Part shown: in pieces, positions 19,936 through 30,135 of the stretch
Layout of the letters: the number at the start of each line of letters is the position of its first letter
How positions within the stretch are numbered: the first letter of the stretch is position 1
Assembly (NCBI GenBank): GCA_038150265.1
Contig: JAYOTF010000002.1
Location: 1-64,000, forward strand
Length of the DNA: 64,000 bases
Reading direction: 5' to 3'
Source of the DNA: Deltaproteobacteria bacterium
GTDB lineage: Bacteria; SAR324; NAC60-12
Position numbers and translations under genes: made by a program
The notes under the pieces: model-generated
Seen by the model: only the letters and a program-made list of their open reading frames with translations
Told to the model about the DNA's origin: nothing
Databases searched by the model: none

Positions 19936-20292
19936 ATGAGTAGCATTCTGGAAGCAAGCGAACGCCCCTGGGGGCGTTATGTGGTCCTGGCTGATGAAGC
20001 CGATCACAAGGTGAAGCGCATCACTGTCAAACCCGGCCAGCGCCTCAGCCTGCAGAGCCACCAACACCGCTCAGAGCACTGGTTTGTCGTGAAGGGCAGC
20101 GGACGCGTGACGCTGAATGACGGCCTGGTGGAGCTGGGCCCCGGAGAAGCCGTGGACATTCCCCAAACCACCCGGCACCGCATGGAAAACGTGGGGTCCG
20201 ACGACCTCGTCTTTGTGGAAATTCAGACCGGAAGCTACTTTGGGGAAGACGACATTGAGCGTTTTGAAGACGACTACGGTCGCAGCCAGTAA
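19936..20292 (+). CDS. Stand-alone mannose-6-phosphate isomerase type II cupin domain
   Basis: RPWGRY, KVKRITVKPGQRLSLQSHQHRSEHW, EIQTGSYFGEDDIERFED. Confidence 0.9.
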   Translation: MSSILEASERPWGRYVVLADEADHKVKRITVKPGQRLSLQSHQHRSEHWFVVKGSGRVTLNDGLVELGPGEAVDIPQTTRHRMENVGSDDLVFVEIQTGSYFGEDDIERFEDDYGRSQ

Positions 20293-20322
20293 CGGCTGAT
20301 TCCTCCTCATTCAAGGTCCCCT

Positions 20323-22467
20323 GTGTCCGCCACTCCCTGCTTTTTGCCATGCCCCAAGAGCCTGGAACCGCTGCTGGTTGCCGAGCTGGAGGGGTGGGGG
20401 ATCGACGCCGCTGCGGTTACCGCTGGGGTGCTGACCCAACTCACTCAGGAGCAGGCGTACCAGGCCTGCCTCTGGTCGCGCCTCGCCAGCCGAGTCCTCT
20501 GGCGGGTGGCGGAAGCGCCCGTCACGGACGAAGCGCAGCTCTACGCCTTTGCCCGCGCTGTGCCGTGGGAAGACCACCTGGACCCCACTCGGACCTTCGC
20601 CGTGCAGGCCACGGCCCACCACTCTCCCCTGCAAAATACCCACTACGCCGCGCTGCGGGTGAAGGATGCGATCGTCGACCGCTTCCGAGACCGCACCGGG
20701 GGACGTCCCTCGGTGGACCTTGAGGCTCCGGACCTGCGGCTGATGCTGCACCTTTCGGAAGACTGGGGGCAGCTCTACCTCGACTTTTCCGGAGACAGCC
20801 TCCACCGCCGGGGCTACCGGGAAGGAGCAGGAGAGGCACCGCTCAAGGAAAATCTGGCGGCAGCCGTGCTGGTGCTTGCAGGGTGGCCCGAAATTGCGGC
20901 GTCCGGAGGCTCGTTGCTGGACCCACTCTGTGGCGTGGGGACGTTGCCTTTGGAAGCGGCGCTCATGGCTGCAGACGTGGCCCCCGGGCTCCACCGCCGG
21001 CGGTTTGGCTTTGAAGGCTGGCTGCAGCACGACCCAGGGGTGTGGCAGCGACTGAAGGCAACCGCCCGGGCCCGCCGAGAAGCCGGACTGTCGCGCTTGC
21101 CCAAACTGATCGGTTACGATGCCGACGGACGTCTGATCCGCAAGGCCCTGGAGGCCCGAGACCGTCTGGGCCTGCAGCAGCATGTCCACTTTGAGAAGCG
21201 GGAGCTGGGGCAGCTGGAAGCCGGGACTGCGCCTCCGGGACTCGTGGTTGCGAACCCTCCTTACGGCGAGCGGCTGGGGTCGTTGCCGCAGCTGTTGCCC
21301 CTCTATGCGCATTTCGGTAGCCGGCTCAAGCAGGCATTTGGTGGCTGGCGTGGCGCGGTCCTGACGTCTGAGCCCGAGCTGGCCAAGGCCCTGGGGGTCC
21401 GGGCAGACAAGCGTCCGGTGCTTTACAATGGTCGGCTGGCCTGCCGGCTTTACGCGTTTGACCTGCACACCCGGACCGAGCCCGGGGCACCCCGGCTGGC
21501 TTCGTCGCTGGAGCTGCTGGCTCCAGAGGATCCGGTTCGGATGCTCGTCAACCGGATCCGCAAGAACCAGAAGCGCCTGAAGTCGTGGCTGCAGCGTGAC
21601 CGGGTGACATGCTTTCGGGTCTATGATGCGGACCTTCCCGAGTACAACCTGGCGGTGGATGTGTATGAAGGCTGGGGCGTGGTGCAGGAGTACCAGGCGC
21701 CTTCCAGCGTTGACCCGCAAAAGGCGCAGCAACGTCTGCGTGCCGCCTTGACGGTCTTGCCCGAAGTGCTGGGGGTGCCTCCGGAGCGCCTCGCCTTCAA
21801 GGTCCGGGGCCGTCAGCGCAAGGGCTTCCGCTATGAGGGGGGCAAGCCCCAGCGGGACTTCCACGAGGTGGGCGAGTCTGGAATGCGGTTCTGGGTCAAC
21901 TTCACAGACACCCTGGACACCGGGCTGTTTCTGGATCATCGGGGAACACGCAAGTGGATCCGGGAGCAGGCCCGCAACGCGCGCTTCCTCAACCTCTTTG
22001 GCTACACCGGAACCGCCACCATTGCTGCTGCCAAGGGCGGGGCCTGCGAGACCACCACCGTGGACCTCTCTCCGCGCTTTCTGGAGTGGGCTCAGCAGAA
22101 CCTCGCGCTCAATGGCCTCTCTGAGCGCAAGCATCGGCTCATTCGGGCGGATGTGCCGGCCTGGCTGGCTCAGGCTTCCGGACGCTTCGACCTGATCTTT
22201 GTGGACCCGCCGACGTTTTCAAACTCCGCCCGGGCCGAGGACTTCGACCTCCAGCGCGACCACGTCTCCCTGCTGCGTCAGGCCATGCGCCTGCTGGCTC
22301 CAGAGGGCACCCTGCTCTTTACCAATCACTTCCGGCGGTTTAAACTGGCTCCGGAACTGGAAGCGGAGTTTCTCTGCGAAAGCCTCCACTCCCGGACCCT
22401 CCCGCCTGACTTTGCCCGCAATCCCAAAATTCACGGGGCCTGGACCCTCAGACACCGAAGCTCATGA
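20323..22467 (+). CDS. rlmKL: Bifunctional 23S rRNA methyltransferase RlmKL
   Basis: THUMP domain, LHRRGYR..APLKENLAA, NPPYGERL, DTGLFLDHR, DPPTFSNS. Confidence 0.95.
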   Translation: MSATPCFLPCPKSLEPLLVAELEGWGIDAAAVTAGVLTQLTQEQAYQACLWSRLASRVLWRVAEAPVTDEAQLYAFARAVPWEDHLDPTRTFAVQATAHHSPLQNTHYAALRVKDAIVDRFRDRTGGRPSVDLEAPDLRLMLHLSEDWGQLYLDFSGDSLHRRGYREGAGEAPLKENLAAAVLVLAGWPEIAASGGSLLDPLCGVGTLPLEAALMAADVAPGLHRRRFGFEGWLQHDPGVWQRLKATARARREAGLSRLPKLIGYDADGRLIRKALEARDRLGLQQHVHFEKRELGQLEAGTAPPGLVVANPPYGERLGSLPQLLPLYAHFGSRLKQAFGGWRGAVLTSEPELAKALGVRADKRPVLYNGRLACRLYAFDLHTRTEPGAPRLASSLELLAPEDPVRMLVNRIRKNQKRLKSWLQRDRVTCFRVYDADLPEYNLAVDVYEGWGVVQEYQAPSSVDPQKAQQRLRAALTVLPEVLGVPPERLAFKVRGRQRKGFRYEGGKPQRDFHEVGESGMRFWVNFTDTLDTGLFLDHRGTRKWIREQARNARFLNLFGYTGTATIAAAKGGACETTTVDLSPRFLEWAQQNLALNGLSERKHRLIRADVPAWLAQASGRFDLIFVDPPTFSNSARAEDFDLQRDHVSLLRQAMRLLAPEGTLLFTNHFRRFKLAPELEAEFLCESLHSRTLPPDFARNPKIHGAWTLRHRSS

Positions 22468-22970
22468 AACGCTGGTTGCTGTTCCTTCTCATTGCCCTCA
22501 CCGCCTGGACGGTCGGCGCCCAAGACCCTGTCACCCGAACCGACGTGTTGCCGTTGCTCGAAGGGCGGCACTGGGAGTTGCCCACGGAGCGGCTCCAGGA
22601 GTTGGGTCCGGACGCGGTGCCGGTGCTGCAGTCCATTGCCGACGACACGGCGCTCATCAACTACCTCCGTTTTCGGGCGCTGGAAGCCCTCGGCGTTTTT
22701 CCAACAGACGCGACCGCCACCTACTTGGAAGGCGTGGCGCGGAGCGGCCAGCGGTACTTCGCCCGCCGGGGGCTGAGCGCGTTTGAGCGAGGCTTTCAGG
22801 AAACCCGACCCGAGCAGGTCCGGAGCCTCGCCCGTGAGCTTTCAGACGCCCCGCTTCCGGAGGTCCGCATCACCGCTGGGCGGGTGCTGAAGTCGGTGGA
22901 CCCTCCCGCGTTTCAACAGATGCTGAACCGAGAGTCCCAGCCCTGGGTCCGTCGAGAGCTGAGCCAATGA
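22464..22970 (+). CDS. Secreted HEAT-repeat-like hypothetical protein
   Basis: Sec signal MKRWLLFLLIALTAWTVGA; helical repeats LRFRALEALG and EVRITAGRVL; ATGA coupling on both sides. Confidence 0.6.
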   Translation: MKRWLLFLLIALTAWTVGAQDPVTRTDVLPLLEGRHWELPTERLQELGPDAVPVLQSIADDTALINYLRFRALEALGVFPTDATATYLEGVARSGQRYFARRGLSAFERGFQETRPEQVRSLARELSDAPLPEVRITAGRVLKSVDPPAFQQMLNRESQPWVRRELSQ

Positions 22971-23572
22971 GGCAGCGACACTGGGTGTTTGACATGGACG
23001 GGACGCTGACGATTGCCGCCCATGACTTTCCGGCCATCAAGCGCGAGTTGGGCATTCCGGAAGATCAGCCCATTGTCCGGACGCTCAATGCGATGCCAGA
23101 GGACCAGGCGGCGCCCCTGCGGGCTCGGCTTCAGGAGATTGAGGAAGAAATTGCCCGGAAGGCGCAACCGGCGCCGGGTGTGCAGGAGCTGCTGGAAACC
23201 CTCACCCGGCAGGGCCGTCGACTGGGCATCCTGACCCTCAACTCCCGGGAAAATGCGTGGCTGACCCTGGAAGCCCTGAACCTGGCGCATTTTTTTGACC
23301 CGGCAACGGTGCTGGGCCGCTGGTGCCTGCCGAACCCGAAACCGGCCCCGGACGGGCTGCGTCATTTGCTGCACCACTGGCAGAGCCCTCCGGACGATGC
23401 GGTGATGGTGGGAGACTTCCGCTGGGACCTGGAAACGGGCCGCGCCGCCGGTGTGGAGACCGTTCACATCGACCCTTCCTCCACCTACGAATGGCCCGAA
23501 CTGACGGACCATCGCTTCTCTTCCCTCACCGCTCTTCAGCAGCACCTTCAGGCGAAGGATGCCTCCCGCTGA
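22967..23572 (+). CDS. HAD-superfamily hydrolase (phosphoglycolate phosphatase-like)
   Basis: FDMDGTL, KPAPDG, MVGDFRWD. Confidence 0.9.
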   Translation: MRQRHWVFDMDGTLTIAAHDFPAIKRELGIPEDQPIVRTLNAMPEDQAAPLRARLQEIEEEIARKAQPAPGVQELLETLTRQGRRLGILTLNSRENAWLTLEALNLAHFFDPATVLGRWCLPNPKPAPDGLRHLLHHWQSPPDDAVMVGDFRWDLETGRAAGVETVHIDPSSTYEWPELTDHRFSSLTALQQHLQAKDASR

Positions 23573-23751
23573 TGTCCAAAATCAACTCTTTTCCTACTGA
23601 GTGATTTACGTAGATTTCCTGCCGATTGCTCTGTAAAGATTCATTGATTTTTTGAGGAAATTGTCCTAGAACTGAGATCACTGACTCACTCCGGCAACCC
23701 CGCCCCTGTTGCTGTTCTGACCCGCGGAGACTGGCTCCCCGCCCCTCAAGC

Positions 23752-26700
23752 ATGTCGCTCTCAATCAAGCAAAAGCTGATGGCCGCATTTGCGGCGGTGC
23801 TGGTCCTGTCGACTGTTTCGATACTCATCGGAGTGTTCCAGCTGGACCGGCTGGATCGAACCCTTCAGCACATCACTCAAGACTCCTTTCCTGCTCTGAC
23901 CCGCGCTCAGGAAATGCTCTCGCACACCTACGTCATGGAGGTGGAGACCCGGAACCTCGTGTCTGCGCAAGACGTTGCGCAGGCGCGCCAGGCCGTGACC
24001 GAATTCAAGCGAGCGCATCAGGAGTTGGTGAAGGACCTGCACGGGTTGTACAACGGTCCTGCGGCCAATGAACAGAGCCTGAACCTGATTGCGCTGGACA
24101 CGGGGCTGACGAACTACCTGGTGCAATTTGAGGATTTCAAGCGCCAGGCCCTGGCGTACCAGGAACTCAAGGGCGCGGAAGGCTCCCCGTTTGAGCAGGT
24201 GCAACGGCACGACCAGTTGGTGCGCGAGTTGATGCAGGAGCACAGCCCGGCCATTGATGAGCTTCAGCAGCACCTCACTCGCTTCATGGAGGGAACACGC
24301 CAGGCCTTGGAGGAGGATCAGCACCAGAGCGCCGACTGGTTCCTCAGTGTCCAAAACTCCATGTACGCCCTGCTGGGAGGAGCCATGATCATCGGCTTTG
24401 GCATTGCCTTGCTGGTGTCTCGTGCAGTGACGCGTTCGTTGCAACTGGCGCAGTACCAGGCTTCTCAGGTGGTTGCCGGGAACCTCCAGGCGGTGGTGGA
24501 GTATGCTGCCGACGATGAAGTGGGGGTCCTCATTCGGGACCTCAATCACATGACGGAAGTCCTCCAGCGCCTGCATGCGGAAAATGAGCAGCGGGCGTGG
24601 ATTGACCAGAACCTGGCGCGCCTGCATGAAACCGCTCGTGGCGAGAAGGGGCTGGCGGAGCTGAGTTCGCTGCTCCTGACCACTCTGGGGGAATCGCTCG
24701 ACGCGCCTCTGGGGACGCTGTACCTGCGGCGAGATGTGGACGAATCGGGCTACCCGTGGATTCAACCGGAACTGCAGCTGCTGGCAACCCGCGCCTTGAG
24801 TAAGGAGCAGGTGCCTGCGAGCTTTCGCTGGGGAGAGGGGCTCGTGGGACAGTCCGCAAAGGAAGGAAACTGGTTGCAGCTCCAGGAGGCGTCGCCGGGT
24901 TACTTCACGGTGGCCTCCGGACTGGGGGCCATGCCGGCACCGTACCTGCTGGTGCTGCCCTTCTGGTTTGGGCAAGAGGTGCGTGGGGTGATTGAGCTGG
25001 CCTCGGTTCAGCCCTGGAGTGAGCTCAAGCTGGAGCTGCTGGAGCGGGCCCTGAAGGTGGTGGGCATTGCGGTTCAGGCAGCCCTCAACCGCGAGGAGCT
25101 GATTGAGAGCCTCAAGGAGGCGCAGGCCTTCACGGAGGAACTGCAGACGCAGCAGGAAGAACTGCAGTCGACAAACGAAGAGCTGGCTGCTCAAAGTCGC
25201 GCGCTGGAGGTGTCTCAGGAAGAACTCTCGGAGCGGAACTTCCAGCTGGAGCAGACGCAGAGCGCCCTCAACACCCGCGCCCAGCAACTGCAGCAGGCCT
25301 CTCAGTACAAGTCGGAGTTTCTGGCAAACATGAGCCATGAGCTCCGGACCCCGCTCAACTCCATCCTTCTGCTCTCCCGCTCCCTGGTGCAAGGGGGAGG
25401 CGAGGGGGACGCCCGGGAGCATGCGCAGGTGATTCAAGACGCGGGGCAGGACCTGTTGCTGATGATCAACGACCTCCTCGACCTCTCCCGAATTGAGGCG
25501 GGGAAGATGCCGATTTCCCTCAGTCGCATCGACCTCAAGGAGTTTGTGCAGAGCTTCCAGCCGCTCTTTCAGCCACAGGCTGAGGCCCGTGGCGTTCGGT
25601 TCCAGATTGTTGCCGATGGGCCGTTGCCCGAGTTGGTGGAGAGCGACCGCACCCGCCTTCAGCAGGTGCTCCGGAACTTCCTCTCCAATGCCTTCAAGTT
25701 TACGAAATCGGGCGAGGTGACGCTGCGTGTGGAGCCGGTTTCGGAGTCCATCATCAGCCACCTCGCGACCTATGATTCGCTGCAGACGCACCTCCGGGAG
25801 CGTCCGGGTGAGTATGTGGCCTTCAGTGTTTCAGATACGGGGCTGGGGATTCCCTACAACAAGTTTCAGCTCGTGTTTGAAGCCTTCCGGCAGGCCGATG
25901 GCTCCATCAGCCGAGAGTACGGAGGCACCGGACTTGGCTTGGCGATTTCTGCCCAGATTGCGCACCTGCTGGAAGGCGCCCTGGCTCTGCAGTCGTCGAC
26001 GGATCCGGAAACCCATGGATCGACCTTTAGCCTGGTGGTGCCGCTGCAACCGAGTGAGGCCCTGCTGGCCGTGGCCGATGAGACCGACCCGCATCCAGCG
26101 GTTCCGGAGGAGCGACCTGCCGAGGAGAAACCGGCCCTGCCACTGATGGATGACCGGCAGGAAGAGCAGGCCGGCGTCCGGACGCTGCTGGTGGTGGAAG
26201 ATGACCCGAATGAGGCGCAGCAGGCCCTGAACCTGGGGCGCGAGCTGGGGTTCCGGGTGCTGCATGCGTCCACAGGCATTGAGGGCTTGCGCCTGGCCGA
26301 GCAGCACCTGCCAACGATGGTGGTGCTCTCTACCGAGGCGTCGGTGCTCAACGGGTGGAGCATGTTGCGGCAACTCCGGAAGCACGATGCGACCAGCCAC
26401 ATTCCGGTGGTGCTCCTTTCTCGCGAAGACGAGGAGGCGCTGGGACGGCGCCTGGGGGCCGTGGACTTTCTGCGCAAACCGGTTCCCTACGAGACGCTCC
26501 GGAAGGTGCTGGTTCAGGTGGAGGAGCGGCAGCAGCAGCCCGTCAAGCGCCTGCTGGTGGTTGGAGCCGATGAGGAGGAGCACCGCGAGCTTCATGATCT
26601 GCTGGAGTGCGGAAAGTCGCTGGAGTGCGAGGCGGTGATGCGTGGAGCGGCTGCGATTGAAGCCCTCCGGAAGCAGCACTTTGACGCGTGCATCCTCGAC

Positions 26701-27372
26701 CTCTCGCTTCCGGACCTGAGTGGCTTTGAGGTGCTGAAACAGGTCCGCGAGGATCCGTCCATTGAGCGGGTGCCGATCATTGTCTACACGAACAAGTGCC
26801 TCACGTTGGAAGAGGACCGCCGCCTCCGGGAAGAGGCGCAGTCGATCATTCTGAAGACTGCCGACTCTCCAGCCCGGTTACTGGAGGAAACCACCCTCTT
26901 CCTGCACCGCAGCCGGTCGGAGCTGAGCCCGCGGCGCCAGGGGATGCTGCAGCAACTTCAGCAGGCGGATGCCTTCTTTGATGGCAAGAAGGTGCTGCTT
27001 GCCGATGATGACATCCGGAACACCTACGCCCTCGCCAGCTTGCTCAAGAAGAAGGGCTTTCAGGTGATCACTGCGGCTGATGGTGCCGAGGCCCTGAAGC
27101 GGGCGGAGGAACAGGCGTCGGAGCTGTCACTGATCCTGATGGATGTGATGATGCCGGGAATGGATGGGCTGGAGGTGATCCGGCGCCTGAGGAAGCAGTC
27201 CCCGTTTGGGGAGCTGCCAATCCTGGCCCTGACGGCCAAGTCGATGAAGGAAGACCGAGAGGAGTGCCTGGCGGCAGGAGCCTCGGATTACCTGACGAAG
27301 CCGATTGATCAGGACCAACTGCTGTCGCTGATGCGCCTCTGGTTGAGCTTCCGGAGCCCACATGGATGTTGA
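23752..27372 (+). CDS. Hybrid sensor kinase: four-helix periplasmic sensor, HAMP, GAF, HisKA, HATPase and three receiver domains
   Basis: Two TMs, DEVG HAMP, FLANMSHELRTPLN, NAFKFT, DTGLGI, GTGLGLA, terminal LMDVMMP..KP. Confidence 0.92.
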   Translation: MSLSIKQKLMAAFAAVLVLSTVSILIGVFQLDRLDRTLQHITQDSFPALTRAQEMLSHTYVMEVETRNLVSAQDVAQARQAVTEFKRAHQELVKDLHGLYNGPAANEQSLNLIALDTGLTNYLVQFEDFKRQALAYQELKGAEGSPFEQVQRHDQLVRELMQEHSPAIDELQQHLTRFMEGTRQALEEDQHQSADWFLSVQNSMYALLGGAMIIGFGIALLVSRAVTRSLQLAQYQASQVVAGNLQAVVEYAADDEVGVLIRDLNHMTEVLQRLHAENEQRAWIDQNLARLHETARGEKGLAELSSLLLTTLGESLDAPLGTLYLRRDVDESGYPWIQPELQLLATRALSKEQVPASFRWGEGLVGQSAKEGNWLQLQEASPGYFTVASGLGAMPAPYLLVLPFWFGQEVRGVIELASVQPWSELKLELLERALKVVGIAVQAALNREELIESLKEAQAFTEELQTQQEELQSTNEELAAQSRALEVSQEELSERNFQLEQTQSALNTRAQQLQQASQYKSEFLANMSHELRTPLNSILLLSRSLVQGGGEGDAREHAQVIQDAGQDLLLMINDLLDLSRIEAGKMPISLSRIDLKEFVQSFQPLFQPQAEARGVRFQIVADGPLPELVESDRTRLQQVLRNFLSNAFKFTKSGEVTLRVEPVSESIISHLATYDSLQTHLRERPGEYVAFSVSDTGLGIPYNKFQLVFEAFRQADGSISREYGGTGLGLAISAQIAHLLEGALALQSSTDPETHGSTFSLVVPLQPSEALLAVADETDPHPAVPEERPAEEKPALPLMDDRQEEQAGVRTLLVVEDDPNEAQQALNLGRELGFRVLHASTGIEGLRLAEQHLPTMVVLSTEASVLNGWSMLRQLRKHDATSHIPVVLLSREDEEALGRRLGAVDFLRKPVPYETLRKVLVQVEERQQQPVKRLLVVGADEEEHRELHDLLECGKSLECEAVMRGAAAIEALRKQHFDACILDLSLPDLSGFEVLKQVREDPSIERVPIIVYTNKCLTLEEDRRLREEAQSIILKTADSPARLLEETTLFLHRSRSELSPRRQGMLQQLQQADAFFDGKKVLLADDDIRNTYALASLLKKKGFQVITAADGAEALKRAEEQASELSLILMDVMMPGMDGLEVIRRLRKQSPFGELPILALTAKSMKEDREECLAAGASDYLTKPIDQDQLLSLMRLWLSFRSPHGC

Positions 27373-28183
27373 GTTTCCCACTGCCGAGGCCCTGGGGCGT
27401 TTGACCGCTCACCTCTTTGAGGTGTGGGGCGATGACTTCCGGCATTACAACTCGGCGAGCCTGGCCCGCCGTGTTGCCCTGACGCTGGTGCAGCATCAGC
27501 TCACCAGCCTGGACGAGTTGCTGGCTCGTCTTGAGCACAGCCGTGTCCTCCGGGAGGCCCTGCGGAACAACCTCTCCATCAATGTCACGGCGCTGTTTCG
27601 CGATCCGGTGGTGTTTCGCTACCTGCGTGAACACGTCCTGCCGTGGCTGGCAACCCATTCGTCCATCCGCATCTGGTCTGCCGGAGTGGCAACCGGAGCC
27701 GAGGCGTGGTCGCTTTCCATCCTCCTGCATGAGGCCGGTTTGGCGCAGCGGAGCACGATCTATGCGACCGACTTCAATCCGCATCTGGTGGAGCAGGCCG
27801 AGCGGGGAGAGTTCCCCCTCAAGCGCTTGGCGGAGTATGGACGCAACTACGAAGAAGCCGGAGGCTCCGGACGCTTCTCGCAGTACCTCTCTCTGCACCA
27901 CGCCAACGCTCGGTTTTGTGACCAGCTGAGGCAACCGATTGTTTTTGCCGCCCATAACCTTGCAACGGATGGAGCCTTCAACGACTTCCACCTGATCTTG
28001 TGCCGAAACGTTTTGATTTACTTCGACCCTTTTCTCACCGAGCGTGTCCTGCATTTGTTTTCGGACAGCCTGATGGAGCGAGGCTTTCTCACCCTGGGGC
28101 TCAAGGAATCTCTGGGGAGTGGTCTGGGACATCAGAGTTTTGAGGAGCATGCGGCCGCGCTGAAAGTCTATCGAAAGCGATGA
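27362..28183 (+). CDS. cheR: CheR-family protein-glutamate methyltransferase
   Basis: INVTALFRDP, IRIWSAG.ATG.E, IYATD, LILCRNVLIYF. Confidence 0.88.
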   Translation: MDVEFPTAEALGRLTAHLFEVWGDDFRHYNSASLARRVALTLVQHQLTSLDELLARLEHSRVLREALRNNLSINVTALFRDPVVFRYLREHVLPWLATHSSIRIWSAGVATGAEAWSLSILLHEAGLAQRSTIYATDFNPHLVEQAERGEFPLKRLAEYGRNYEEAGGSGRFSQYLSLHHANARFCDQLRQPIVFAAHNLATDGAFNDFHLILCRNVLIYFDPFLTERVLHLFSDSLMERGFLTLGLKESLGSGLGHQSFEEHAAALKVYRKR

Positions 28184-29352
28184 ATACCACTTATCACTCC
28201 CAGGAGCCGGTCTTGGTCGTGGATGACCAGGAAAAGAACCGGTTCGCCTTTCGTCAAATCCTCAAACTGGAGGGCATCCCCAGCGTGGAGCTGGAATCGG
28301 GAACCGAAGCGCTGCGGTTTTTGCTGCACCAATCGGTGTCTCTGATTTTGCTGGATGTGCAGATGCCCGGCATGAATGGCTTTGAGACGGCCCAGCTCAT
28401 TCGAGAGAATCCGGATTACCAGGAGGTGCCGATTCTGTTCATCACGGCGACGTACCGCTCCGACAAGTTTGCTGACTACGGGTTTGCGGTGGGGGCCTAC
28501 GACTACCTGACCAAACCCGTGGACAACCGCCTGCTCGTGAGCAAGGTGCGGCTGTTCCGGGCCCTGTACTTTGAAAAACAGGAGCTGCGCCGGGCGCACC
28601 AGCAGCTGAAGTTGCAGCACGAGCAGCTGAAATCGGTGAAGACCCAGGCCTTCCAGACGGCCAAACTGGTTGCCCTGGGCAAGCTGGCCACGGGCGTGGC
28701 ACATGAGATCAACAACCCCCTGACGTTTGTGAACAGCTTGCTGGATGAGTGGGCGGAGGACCTCCAGAATCCGGAAGCGGTCGACCTGCACCAGCTGCAG
28801 CAGGACCTGGAACAGGGGCGTCAGCAGACCCAGCGGATCGCCAAGATCGTTCGGCACCTGATGGTCTTTGGACGTGGCGAAGAAGGCACTCAGGGGCCCT
28901 CCAGCCTAAGAGCGGTGCTGGAAAACAGCCGGCTTCTGATTGGTCAGCAGCTGCAGCAACAGCACGTCGACTTTGAAGTGGATCTGCCGGACACGCTTCC
29001 GCTCCTGCAAGGGAGTCAGCAGGACCTGGAACAGCTGCTGCTGAACCTGCTTCACAATGCTCTGGAGGCCTTTGAGCCGGAAGCTCCTTCCAAGCAACTG
29101 CACCTGAAGGCTCGTGTGAAGGGAGAAAAGGTGGTGCTACAGATCCAGGACAATGGACCCGGAATTGAGGAAGAAGCGCTTGGAAAGATCTTTGACCCCT
29201 TCTTTACCACGAAAGAAATTGGACGCGGGGCCGGACTGGGGCTAGCGGTGAGTCATGGGCTGGCACGTGCCATGGGGGGAAGCATTACCTGCGAATCTTC
29301 TGCAGTGGCCGGGACTCAGTTTGATGTGACACTGCCGCTGGCACTGGGGTGA
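28180..29352 (+). CDS. Receiver-histidine kinase hybrid
   Basis: VVDD..LLDVQMP..KP, then GVAHEINNPL and FDPFFTTKEIGRGAGLGL. Confidence 0.92.
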   Translation: MNTTYHSQEPVLVVDDQEKNRFAFRQILKLEGIPSVELESGTEALRFLLHQSVSLILLDVQMPGMNGFETAQLIRENPDYQEVPILFITATYRSDKFADYGFAVGAYDYLTKPVDNRLLVSKVRLFRALYFEKQELRRAHQQLKLQHEQLKSVKTQAFQTAKLVALGKLATGVAHEINNPLTFVNSLLDEWAEDLQNPEAVDLHQLQQDLEQGRQQTQRIAKIVRHLMVFGRGEEGTQGPSSLRAVLENSRLLIGQQLQQQHVDFEVDLPDTLPLLQGSQQDLEQLLLNLLHNALEAFEPEAPSKQLHLKARVKGEKVVLQIQDNGPGIEEEALGKIFDPFFTTKEIGRGAGLGLAVSHGLARAMGGSITCESSAVAGTQFDVTLPLALG

Positions 29353-29379
29353 CGGTTGCCGGGCTGAGGAGGTTTCCCG

Positions 29380-30135
29380 TTAGCGGTAATCGTCAAGCAG
29401 GAACGGGTTCTTCTTCTTTTTCCGGCGTCGGCGAATGGGGAACTCTTGAGCCTTGAGTTTCAGCAGTTCCACCTGCAAGCGAATTTCACTGGCGTACTCC
29501 GAATCTGGAAACTGTTCCAGAAGGTACTCCGCTGTTTGAATCACGGGGCCCAGCTTGGGCCGGTGGGGTAGGTTGTCAATCTTCAGGTAGCGTTCCAGGG
29601 TACGAGCCCGGGCCGTGTCTTTGTTGATGGTGACGGTCCAGGCCCCGCTCCGCTCTCCCAGCGCTGCAATCCCGGTCCCGGTTTCCTGACTCCAGCAACG
29701 AACCGCTGCCTGCATCAGGGCCACCACGTAGGTGTGCCAGTAATTTTCCTCAACCAGCGGCAGGATGGGCTCGCGCTGGATCTGAGTCTGGACCTTGCAG
29801 ATGTTTTCGAAGAGGGTGTCGTAAATGAAGGGCTTGACGATGATTCCGGTCACCCCCAGCTCAACCGCTTCTGCCGACTGACTGAGGTCGCCGGTTCCGG
29901 TCACCAGGATGAACGGAATCTCTTTTTCGTTGGCTCGAAGTTCCTCCACCACTTCCAACCCTGAGCCGTCTGGTAACTGAAGATCCAGAACGAGGCAGTC
30001 AATCCGGCGTTTTTGGAGGATGCCCCGGGCATCGTCCAGATTTTCTGCTCCCATGGTGGTGTGTCCCCACTCGACCAGAAGCCGCTGCATGGTGATGTTC
30101 AGCTGCAAATCGTCTTCAATAACCAGAATCTTCAT
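29380..30135 (-). CDS. Response regulator: receiver plus putative ChiS-family DNA-binding domain
   Basis: KILVIEDD, VLDLQLPDGSG, KPF; C-terminal W..ETG..LGERSGAW.V..RARTLERYL..LP.RP..V..TA. Confidence 0.8.
   Translation of the reverse strand: MKILVIEDDLQLNITMQRLLVEWGHTTMGAENLDDARGILQKRRIDCLVLDLQLPDGSGLEVVEELRANEKEIPFILVTGTGDLSQSAEAVELGVTGIIVKPFIYDTLFENICKVQTQIQREPILPLVEENYWHTYVVALMQAAVRCWSQETGTGIAALGERSGAWTVTINKDTARARTLERYLKIDNLPHRPKLGPVIQTAEYLLEQFPDSEYASEIRLQVELLKLKAQEFPIRRRRKKKKNPFLLDDYR

Noticed and set aside
23761..25791. Long antisense ORFs (also 15559-17274, 20311-22134, 39458-41245, 41875-44283, 44887-46965, 47930-49633)
   Set aside because: They mirror well-supported genes, have no motifs, and are expected from GC-rich codon bias.
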